NCBI GenBank assembly: GCA_030704615.1
Contig: CM060732.1
Location: 2,046,001-2,110,000 of the forward strand
Direction: 5' to 3'
Origin: Takakia lepidozioides
Lineage: Eukaryota > Plantae > Bryophyta
Length of the DNA stretch: 64,000 nt
Shown: positions 48,821-60,059 of the stretch, piece after piece
How the letters are laid out: each line of letters begins with the position of its first letter
Numbering within the stretch: the first letter of the stretch is position 1
Position numbers and translations under genes: made by a program
Notes under the pieces: generated by a model
What the model was told of the DNA's origin: nothing
The model's input: only the letters and a program-made list of their open reading frames with translations
Databases searched by the model: none

Positions 48821-50693
48821 CAAACACATGCTGATTAGAAAGGAGAGAGCCCATCCTTGCTCTCCTGGCTTGCTGGTCTACAATTTCAATCAAATGTCAA
48901 TACATAGAAGATAAAGGTATAGAAAACTGCAGAGATGAGGATAAAATAGTACAAGAAGGAAACCAGACCGGGAGAAAAGAGAGGAAGTGCAAGGATTCCC
49001 GAAGCTCAGTCCCAAACATTACATCCAGAACATAATCAAAACAAGACCTTGTCAATTCCTGAAGTTCGCATAGCAATGGACTTACAATTGCATCTGTCTC
49101 GCCAACAATATGTCGCTCCGTCATATCTCCTCGATGCAAGACCAGCAAGTACAAATCTGCATTGTGGGTTGAAATCTCACCTAAGGTTAAGTTGGCAAAA
49201 TGAAAAGGGTGGAAATAGATGGAAATACATAACATAATTTTGGATGGGTATTAGGGACAACTTAACACACCAAATTACCGTTATTATGGTTATTTTGAAG
49301 ATGTTAGAAGGGGAATGGAGCCCATTATTGAAAGCCCATTAATATGCTAATAAGCCTGTTAAGAACCTAAAAAGATAACCACTATGAAGCCCATTATTGA
49401 AAGTGAACAAACGGAACACGCGCTAGAAGTTTAGGAGATCGCGCCATAATGACAGCAACCAAAATTGAATCGAAATCACTTCATCGATGATACCATTGTT
49501 TCTCCAAGGAAGTCAGCAACTCACTTCCTGGCGATGGAAGCATAAGGAAGGAGACTTCTCTCGTGTTCTTTTCAGCGAGTGAAGCCAAGTGATAATTCTT
49601 GGTCCATATCTGTTGCACACACACCAACAAAGGCATTTCAGGGAAGGTGTCTCACTAGCATAACTCGCCCTGAACTCATCGACAGCCATACTACCCACCC
49701 TGGCTTTCACTTCACGCTGCAACTACAAAAGTAAGTCTCCCGGGGACCTCTGTGCTTCTCTGCGAATTTACCACTTCCCTCTGCTCCCCCCTTCAACTCA
49801 TCATGATGTCAATTGCATCCCCTCTCTCTTCTCCCATACCATAACCTCTCTCAATTTTCTATGTCAACGAGAGGGGAAAGAAGGAAAGAGAAAGCAGAAG
49901 TTTGTTGCGACCACAGGAGTGCGTCACAATGTAACCCCCAGTCTAAGAAACCCAAACATTGCTTGGCGATGGAGTGCCTCATGCAGGTAAAATGCTAGTC
50001 AATTTATTCCTTGTAACTGAAGCCCACTGCCAGGGAATTTCTCTACACTATCGTTTCTTATATATCATAGTTACAGTATCTTCATTCAGACTGCCGGCGC
50101 TCTCTGAAAAATGACAAGCATTTATGCTCACATGTATAGCGTATCTCTAAAGTGGCCATATTGTATACCTCAAGTAGGCCAATCCGGGTGTTTTTTTCAG
50201 AAGTTTAGAGCTCAAGTAGGTTACTGAAGAATTAAGCCAGCACACAATGGAAGACTGCTAACCGTGTGACACTTGAGCATTGGTGACAAAACCCTGCCAA
50301 TTCCTCACAACGTGTAGGGAATTCCAAAAATTCCCATTGTTTAATGGATCTCAACTCACAAATGCACCAACCTCTATAGGTATACCAAAGAGGATCACTA
50401 CTACATAATGACGATACCTCTACTAGCATATATAGCTAAGTTTCTTTGTAAATCAAGCGTTATACGTCTATTGGTATACTAATCAGGGCTACTACCTCAT
50501 GACAATACCTCCACATAAATATACACTGATTTAGCAAAATTTATTTGTAAATCAAACGCTATACCTCTATAGGTATACCAAACAGGGAAACTACCTCATG
50601 ACGATACTTCTACCTACATATAGACTAATTTTGACTTAGTTTCTTTGGAATGCAACAGATCTCAATGGATCTCAATTCTTACTTTTTTGGCAG

Positions 50694-53600
50694 GTTCACA
50701 AATGCGTGCACGATATAGAAATGTCCAAACAAGATGAAGACTGGACGCACCACTTACAGGATATTGACCCTAGTTGTGCATCACAAAACAATGAGGATTC
50801 TTTAGTACAAAACTTGCCACAAATCCCGTGTCGAGTAAGTGCATTTGTAGGGCATATTCGACAGCAAGGTGAGCGTTTGGCATATCCACCCAGATTTGGA
50901 TCTTCTTCAAGATCAAATATACCAGCACCACCCCAAGGCCAAGGTCACGACGTCCAAGGTATGGCAAATGTACCAAGTCTTTGTGGACCTACTGAAATTG
51001 GCACTGTCAATGACTTGAATGTTTCTGTTCCTCGAAACATTTGCGAGTCGAGAACACAACGAAGAAGACAGCCTCAAGCATCTTCTAATGTGCCTCCCAA
51101 AGATATTCAACGGCGCATCCATATGCTTCCAAGGTCAACAGAGTGGTCAACCTATCGTGAGGCTTTAACGCCATTGATTTCCAACTGGGTTCCAGACAAC
51201 CCAGTTGTTTTGGTCTCTCTCAAAGCAAACCTTCAGTGGGGTGGGCAAATCTATCCCGAGCCATTCTGTCTTGGAACAGTGGAGTTTCAGATTGCTGCCC
51301 ATTTTGCACAACTTGAGCCTCATCGTCAAACACCTACACCACGTGTGACAGGGTGTTTTTTCAAACAGACCAGGAGAGCAACAGGCAAATATTTTCTCGA
51401 GCCATTGATTCGAAAACGTGGGGCTCTATGGGGCCGATTGCCAGCAACAACATTTGTTGTTTACATCCCTGATAGCAGCGAGGTTTCATATGTTCCTGAT
51501 GTAAGCACAGTCCCAAGTGATGGAATTGTTGCTTATCAACAATTCCTAAGAAATCCACCTAAGAAGAGGGATAGAAGGTGTAGGGAGGTTGACAATGAAA
51601 GAAGGTCCAATGCCCATGGATGGCGATGTGGTAGTGCACAAATCAGACCTATGGAGATTGAAGATTCTCAATCTCTGTCCTCATCAAACGATGGTGAACC
51701 TTTTCATATGGCCCCATCACAAGTTCAAGATGTTCATGTCACCCAAGTGCCCCAAGATGTTCGAAGGGTCCAAAGGCCTTATGGTATGACAACATCTCAC
51801 ATTGAAGCTGATAGTACGTCACAAGTACCAAAGCGTGTCAGAGGTTCAAATGGGGTAAGGCCTTCTACGACCCTGCACACCACAGGATTAAACAGTGATG
51901 TGTCTTCGTTTGGATTGATGGAACAATCAAGTGGCAATATTCCGACTAGCAGCCTTGGAGATTCTGATTCAGATTTTATGAGTGAGCCGCCTCGAGGTGG
52001 ATGTAGGAACGTGCAACGGGGGAATGTCCAAGGTCACTACAATCTGGCATTACCTGCACCGCCAATCACAACAACGCATGTTGGTATGTCCTCCTCATCT
52101 AGTATGATTGTTAATGAGATGGACATAATCTCCTCAACACCCACTCATTGTACATGGGCAACTGAAGATGAAGTTCTCAACAAGATGGCAGAGACATGGA
52201 TCAAACATCAAGAGGCATACTTCAAGGCATTGGGGGAACGTGATGTTAAATCTGCATATGAAGCACTCGATGTCCACAAGGATGAACAGGGATCCCAAGC
52301 TTTTTGGTCAGCTTTTGACATGTTTAAAGTTGAGCTCCATACAGATTCTTTCAATGATGAAGTGTTGAGACGTATTGGTAACGAGCTCTTTAAAAGAAAA
52401 GAGCTTCGTAGGGGTTCCACTACATCTGAGGCTAATCTCAGTAGGGTTACTATGCACCCTTCCATGAGCATGTATAATCCTGGCGATATTCGAATTCAGT
52501 TTGAGCTCATGGCGCGACCTTTTTGGAAAGATTGGGATGCATGGGATCTAGCTATCTCTAAGTCCTCGAATGTTGGTCTATGTATCCCAACAGCAGAAGA
52601 GATTCTACAACACTACAACATCAATGGAGGTTCTCTAGGTGATGAAGATCACACCTTCAGTCAAAGAATCCATGAGACATTGAAGTTATGTGCTTTTACC
52701 AAATTTTCAAGGGCCCACCTTGAGCTTATGTGTTGCTCAGACAAAATTGAGACTCACCAAGATGAGGCGACACTTTTGCAATCAAGAGAGAAGGTTGATG
52801 AAGCCATATTGAAATACCAACGTATTATATGAGTCAAATTGTTTTCAAGCCGTACAAAAGATGGTTGGGATTTTCCAACATCACTATTACCAAGATTCCG
52901 GTGAGTTCATGCACTGTCATGATCGTATTTAATTTTGTAAGCTTGCTTTCACTTAGAATTAGACATTTCGAAGTTGTTGAAATTTCCGTGTTGTTTTTCA
53001 AGGTGACCCAAACGAAGGAGCTTCAAGCTTTCAACCTTCAATGGAATGAGATCAAACATGAAAGAGCTTGCTATAGACCAAAGGTTGAATTTATTCATTC
53101 CAGCGGCATTGCTGAAAGATTGACTATCGATGAAGATGGTTTGCGTGATGCATGGCTTACAAATACTTGGAAGCAATTTTGGTCTACCTCTTTCGTAAGC
53201 AGTAAACACAAACTTTTTTCATGTCTTAAGATTATTTGTAATCTTTTGCTTTGATGCACATTTTGCATACTTAGGAATGTTTTTTTGTGTTTTTTGTATT
53301 TTATGACAAACTTGAATTGTACTAGCAAAGACTGATGATTTTGTTGTTGGTTTTCAGAGCTACAATTCCATATTTGAATATCCTGATAATCTTCAAGGAA
53401 AGTTGTTGCATCCAAAATTGGATTCTGAGGTCATACGCACAGACATTCAATTGGATGCGGTGAGATTTGGATTGCAAAGTCATTTGTTTTATATTGACAT
53501 GCATGAATTATTTTTGAAGATACTCCCAGGACAGTCATTTCTTGTGTTTGAATGTTAGGTATCATTGTTGATTCTTACTATTTGTTTGTGTATATTGCAG

Positions 53601-54440
53601 GCCAAAATGCTAGGGCATTTGATCTTCATGCTCGCATCGAACGAATTGGAAGTCTCAAGACCTTTTTCATTCGCAACTTTGGTCATGTTTTGTGACCAAG
53701 TCCCCGAGTCCAAAAACATGTCCGTTGGTGTGGAGTCCAAAATGAAAAAGGATTTAGAACGTGATTTTCGATTGGGCTGGGCTGCAAAATGGTCAATCTT
53801 AAATTGCCTTAGAAAATCAAGAGATGAGGCAATGAAATTGATTCGAAGACTCCAAGAGGATGAAACACATGAAGACTTGGCTTGGACATTCTCGGATTTC
53901 AATCTGACAGAAGAAAATTGGGAATCTGAAGTTGAGCACAAGATTGGAGCCATTGTTTGGAGTCATCTTTTCAATGGACGCAATTTGATTGTGAAGGCAA
54001 TGCAAGAGGGGTTTTACATGGCTGTGGAACAAGCACCATGTGCACCCACCATAAAGGATCGAATGAAAGACAGTTTGAAAGGCATATCTCCTGATACAAT
54101 GCGTGTTGTATTCAATGGTGCCTGTGCAATTGAAGCAAGTGATTTCTTGAGGAAGTGCATATTTGATGTATCTATATTGCCCCTCCAACAAAAATGGTTT
54201 CGAGATTGTGTGGATCAAATGACCTATGCTGAGAGGTCTCGATTGGCTATTTTTATCACTGGATTGGAGTACTTTGGCGGCAAAGACATCAATATACAAC
54301 TTCTCAATCGACACGACTATCCATGCATTCAAGCAAGCACTTGCTTTCAAGTTCTATATCTTCCCCCATACAAAGATGCCTCAATGATGATGACGAAGAT
54401 TAACTATTCTACCATGGATAGTAGTTATGGTCGTGCATGA
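50694..54440 (+). CDS. Divergent HECT-domain E3 ubiquitin ligase-like gene (spliced; 1-bp frameshift near 52822 in this copy)
   Basis: Predicted exons are 50694-52890, 53003-~53193 (PKVEF..ERLTIDEDGLRDAWL), ~53358-53459 and 53601-54440 (KMLGHLI..RPFS; KWFRDCVDQMTYAERSRLAIFITG; IQASTCFQVLYLPPYKD...SSYGRA*). The catalytic Cys lies in ASTCF. The 5' exons are uncertain. Confidence 0.82.
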
Positions 54441-55641
54441 CATGTGGAGGTGAAGGGTGTGAGTCATGGCTCAAACAGAGGGGTTGATTTTGTGGTATCA
54501 TAGATAATTGAAATGCTCTTGGAGTGGTACTGTGAGTGTGACATCTGGTTGAATGTTAAGTGTTACATTGGGGCAAGTGTCGTTGGCCCCTTTTGTTTGT
54601 GTTGGCTTTGGAGAGGTGCCATCTGGTTGTGGCCCAAGGATGGGAATCCATTTTTGTTGTCGGTTGTTACATTTCCAGCTGTTGGTGACTTTTGCACAGA
54701 CGTCATCAATGGATGAGGATTTTGACAGTGAGGTATAGTTGCGGTCCCCTATCTTCTTGCACCCATTAATGGAATGCTGCTATACTGCATATTTAATATG
54801 GTAAGTGGAGTACTCTACTATAAATGTTTACTAGCTAGTTTTACTTTCTTATGCGCTGTATGAAGTGCTCTAATATGTTTTAGTCTTGGGGGAGAGGGTG
54901 GGAGAGAGGCCCACCTGCCGTATGATTTCTGTAAAGCTTCAAGACATTATTACATTGTAAATATCAAAACATGAGAAGTATCACAGTTCAAGATTGTCTT
55001 CTTTGATCCATTGGTCATGCCCTGTTGTTGTCCTTGAAAGCTAGTGAAATCTCACACATGTTTTAGGGTTTATCCAATGCCATATTAAGGTTTAGAAACA
55101 TCCACAGCATTACACAATTGGCAATAAGAAAGTGGGTAAGGTNNNNNNNNNNNNNNNNNNNNNNNNNNNNNNNNNNNNNNNNNNNNNNNNNNNNNNNNNN
55201 NNNNNNNNNNNNNNNNNNNNNNNNNNNNNNNNNNNNNNNNNNNNNNNNNNNNNNNNNNNNNNNNNNNNNNNNNNNNNNNNNNNNNNNNNNNNNNNNNNNN
55301 NNNNNNNNNNNNNNNNNNNNNNNNNNNNNNNNNNNNNNNNNNNNNNNNNNNNNNNNNNNNNNNNNNNNNNNNNNNNNNNNNNNNNNNNNNNNNNNNNNNN
55401 NNNNNNNNNNNNNNNNNNNNNNNNNNNNNNNNNNNNNNNNNNNNNNNNNNNNNNNNNNNNNNNNNNNNNNNNNNNNNNNNNNNNNNNNNNNNNNNNNNNN
55501 NNNNNNNNNNNNNNNNNNNNNNNNNNNNNNNNNNNNNNNNNNNNNNNNNNNNNNNNNNNNNNNNNNNNNNNNNNNNNNNNNNNNNNNNNNNNNNNNNNNN
55601 NNNNNNNNNNNNNNNNNNNNNNNNNNNNNNNNNNNNNNNNN

Positions 55642-56590
55642 NGCCACGCATACCAGTATCGATACCCGCCCCAATTTCCACTCACCGGCTTCTCTTTGCT
55701 AGATACTGCTGCAATTTGCAATACTTGCCATTATACTTGACCATCATCTCATCAATTTTCAAGTGTTGTTCAGGCACATAATGCTGATCATACGCTTTAT
55801 TCTGTGCATCAATCAGCCAACGGGTCTTTGCTAGCTTATCAAATCCAGGGTTTTCAGAGTCAGTCACAACAGTCCGATTGTCTAATAGATGCAAGCACCT
55901 CAAAATGGCTTCCCATCTGTTCCTACTCATGATTTGGATGATGGAAGCGCATTTCAGGAATTCTTCATCCTCTTTCCAGTAACATCTAGTGTTGGACAAT
56001 TTTTTTATGCCCATGAGTATATGGACAGTAAGCCAACTCTGAGCTCTCTCACTGACAAGGGATACCACCACTTCCCTCCTTTCTCTCTACCCTTTGAATT
56101 CAATGTGTGGGCATACAAGTTAGTCATAAGCACATCCTTCCGCATCACGTACATAGGCCAAAAAAGGTTGAAAAAATCCACTGGGGCTGCATTATGCCCC
56201 AGGTGTGTTCTAGGACCACTTTCACCACCACTCCAATTCACCTCAGGCAAAGATTTCTCTGTGGAGTTCCACATATCATCCCCAAAAAATTTAGAAGGAC
56301 CCCAGTTGTGCCAAGACTCTGGCAAAGAGTACTGCCCCACTTCACGACTGGCATTTCCAGTATGGTCAACATAATCCCACATGTCAACATCCACCCCATC
56401 ATCAGCCGTAGCTCTTACCTCTTCTGCAGGGTCAAAGTCTGAATCAGAGTCATCTGATTCAGACAATGCAAGATCCTCATCATTCAGCATCTCAGCAGGG
56501 GCTAGACCCAGTAACTCTTCTACTATGGCTGGCATTTCTGCATCGGCATCTAACAATTGACAAAAATGGGAGGATACAGTATGCACACCT
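55642..56590 (-). pseudogene. piggyBac-family transposase (DDE_Tnp_1_7), frameshifted, running into the gap
   Basis: PVDFFNLFW...TNLYA...WYPLSVREL; LMGIKKL...YW...IMSRNRWEAILRCLHLLDN...DKLAKTRWLID...YVPEQHLKIDEMMVKYNGK...QYL. Confidence 0.9.
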
Positions 56591-57099
56591 GCGCCACCAA
56601 AAAAGGATACAAGAAAGACCTCGTGGGCAGCAACAATATCCCATTGTCAATTCGAGCACTGTGCCATAAAGCCACTGACTGGCAGTGGAGAATGAAGGTA
56701 CATCCTCCAAGTGCAAATCCGAGATTTTCACCTTCACTGTGCATCCCATAGGACCCAAATCCTCTACAGATTGGCAATGCCCAACCACATTGCGATCTTC
56801 CACTAGAGAAGATCGCAAAATGTAAGGACTTGGAGTGGACTCATTCCCAAAACCAAATTCAGATGTAGGCTGTTCAGTATCTTTACCCAAAGATCGAACC
56901 AACACCTTCAGTCACATACTGGCTACCCGTGCCACTCTCACAATCAGGCCACACACACCTCCTCAAGACGTCAGTCACCTCAGCTGTGAAACCATTAGGA
57001 TGCCCTTCCTCCTTGCGCGAATGCGAACTGGGGTGTGGTTCGAGCGGTCTACGGTGGCGGCAGGCCAATGCCTGGGAGGGAGTGCACTTGCGGCTCCGC

Positions 57100-59280
57100 C
57101 ATGAATCCACGGAAATTTGGGAGTCGTTTGCCTGCTCTTACTATTTGCTGGTTGATGTTCTCCCACATTATTACAAGTCAAGCCCTGTCCTCCAATTTCA
57201 TCTCGCAAATTGCAATGGTCATGAGCTTCTGGTAGTTGGGCTCGTACACATGGCACGCCATTGTACTCCATCCATTTATTCGCTTCACGTGGTCAAACAT
57301 AATCCAGCTTCCCTCCAAGTCGCCGCCATTATTCATGCGGTCCACCAAATCCACTCCTGAAGCTGGACCAACAGTGGACCTCTTAAACACAAAACACCGC
57401 TCGTCATCGCTGCCTTGACCCGGGAAACGGCTTCCATGTTCATAGCCACAACTCGATTTCATTTTCAGCAAGGAAGACGTCTCCTCGCCACGTCCCATTT
57501 CATTTTTCATCTTCTGCACAGATTGTTTGGTGACCGAGCCACCAAATGCTTCCACAATGTCAAGAAGATCCTCGCACTCGGAGCTATCCAACTCGCTCCT
57601 TTGTCCACCATCACGCGACATTATACGTTCCATTACAATGGATTGAGCGGTGAATAACTCCACAATTTTCGGACGGGCAGATGGGGACCTCCTCACCTCC
57701 TCTTCCAAGACCATTTTGGCTTTTGCCGCTGCCTCCCGTGATGCTCTTGTTGTGCTGCTGTGGTTATGATAGCCTACATCGACAACGGCTCTTGTCATGC
57801 TTGGGGGACCCGTTATGTACTACATTTTTGTGGGGAAAAACTCGATACAGTGGGGGGGGGGGTGGTGATTGCATATCGCGCAAAACAAAAGTTTTGTCTA
57901 GGACTTTGCTTTGTGCTCTGAATTTGGAGTCGGATGTCCCCGACCAGTACCTATCGTTATGGTACTTCTCCCTCACGTAGAAGGGGCACTCCATTCAGAG
58001 ACATTGCAAACTTCCAACACATGTGACATATCTGTCATCATCACCCCAATCTTGTGAGCACTGGAAAATGGGAAGTCGTTGCCGACCTCCCAAGTGCGCA
58101 AAAAATGGATGTTCATTTCGGCAATGAACATGGGAAGTCGGCACAGACTTCCCCAGAGCGGGAAAAATGCACTTAAAATCCAGAAGGAAAACAGGAAGTC
58201 GGCACAGACTTCCCAAGCGCGCAAAATCGCAAAAATTGAAATGCAGAATGACACATCGGAAGTCGGCACAGACTCTGGAAGTACGGAAATATAGTGGTCT
58301 TTGCACACACGAGTATTAACGGAGACTTCGCTAGCTGCTATAATGAACAGTGTGGAGGTAAATTGAATTCGACTCACCTCACAGCTGTGTCTTTCCTCTC
58401 CAGCAACGGCAAAGTAACGTTGGTGGTCTTTGTCACGCTCCACGGGTGTCCATCGAACTTCTGGTCCATTCCCTCTAATTGACCGGCTGAACTTCCATTC
58501 AGAGCAGGGAAAACAATATCGCCGTCCACGCGACGGGGCAAACTGTTCACCTTCACCACTTGCATATGAAGGAAATCAATTTTAGAGAGTTCGCTTCTTG
58601 CAGTCGTGCTACAAGAAAGAAGCTGCAGATTTTCTACTATGGACTTCGGAGCCCTCTCCAATGGTACCTGTGATGGGGTTTGCCTGTTCGCAGGAGACAT
58701 GCTGTCACTTTTGGAATTTGTTGCAGGTGGCACAGGCAATCGTGTGGAACCAAGGACAACACACTTGTCTTCCTCACCACTGGAAATGTCTATACTCTTT
58801 GTCTTCACTTTAACTCCGGGGGCAACCCCGGACGCCCCCGGACGCCCCCGTGTGTGGCGTCACTGGCGTCACTACCGTGGAAGAGTCTGGAGGTGCCGCT
58901 GGAATCCCAAAGACACGATACCCACATTCCCCTTCATAACGAATGACCCAGGCATTCCCAAGATCATCTCGCAAGGGATCCATAATACGCGTTGCAAGAA
59001 TATTGCTGCCTTCCAGAGCCTCCTCCACTTTGAAGACAACCGAGGCCGGGAGTAAACCCTATCGAGACCTGAGGAGTTTGTTTGTAAACCGAACCTCTCC
59101 ATCCCTTGCATGTACCAATACGGAGGTCTTCTCGGGGGGGGGGGACAGTTTAACGAACTCAGACATCTTCAACGGAATGGGAGGCGTGTGGAAAGAAGCT
59201 TTCTCATTCCTCCTTAGGAATGCATGACAAAACACGTGCCACGCTATTACCACCTTGACAAAAAATTCGCAGAAGTAGCA
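57100..59280 (-). pseudogene. Mutator (MULE) transposase, N-terminal two-thirds
   Basis: GMDQKFDGHPWSVTKTTN; Cys/His zinc-finger-like CVGSLQC.N.ECPFY...VGYHNH; WIMFDHVKRINGWSTMACHVY (first Asp); PNFRGFMA (second Asp region), where it breaks off. Confidence 0.75.
58065..58290. repeat. Four spaced palindromes GGGAAGTC-GGCACA-GACTTCCC within a MULE intron
   Basis: Copies at ~58070, ~58132, ~58193 and ~58258, about 62 bp apart. Confidence 0.8.
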
Positions 59281-60059
59281 TGATGTTACGATGTTGTGTG
59301 CGGAGTGGCATTGAAGTCGGCGCCGACTTGGAAGATCTTATTGATAAAGGCAAATAGAGCATAAGGAGGAAAAAATAAGGAGGAAAAAATAAGGAGGAAA
59401 AAATAACCTGTAAAGGGGGGGGGGCTATTCCGTGAGCTTGGAGTCGTGAGCCTGAGAGCCCAGGAAACCGTGAGCCCAGCACAGGCTCACGCCACGTCAG
59501 CATGCATACAGGGCCTATTTCCGCGGGTGTCACCTATTACCACGGGTTGATCAGCCATTTCCAGGGAATGCAGACTGGATGTGTTACATCCATTGTATCC
59601 ATCCTTTCTATCCATTGCATCCATTTAGACGTTATCAACATACCAAGCTCCTGCATTGGAATGTGGCTAGGTCGTGAGCAAGTGCACACTCACATCATCC
59701 AAAGCGGATCCCTGCGAAATCTTTTCTTACTCACCACCCTTGCGAACAAGCCAGGTATGTGTGGGAGCATCATGGATGCTCACTAGAATTGAGAATGCCT
59801 GAACGCTCTTTGATCACGTGGACTTTAACATGATGGATTTACCAAACATTCTTCTAGCAGGAATGGTTTGGAGACCAACAATGTTTCACTAAATAGATTG
59901 AAGGAACAATCCGGGCAGACCATGCAACCCCTATCTCCAACAATAGTTTGTTCCCATGAATTTGCATCCCACGCACACATTGCAAACAGGACAACAATGA
60001 CACACAACCATCCCATTTCAAAATTGGCCCTGAATAAAAGCAAAAGAAAACTTCATATC

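Larger units (their letters stand above)
43314..52979. repeat. Right arm of the inverted duplication
   Basis: Reverse complement of 1-9642, as described for the left arm. Confidence 0.97.
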
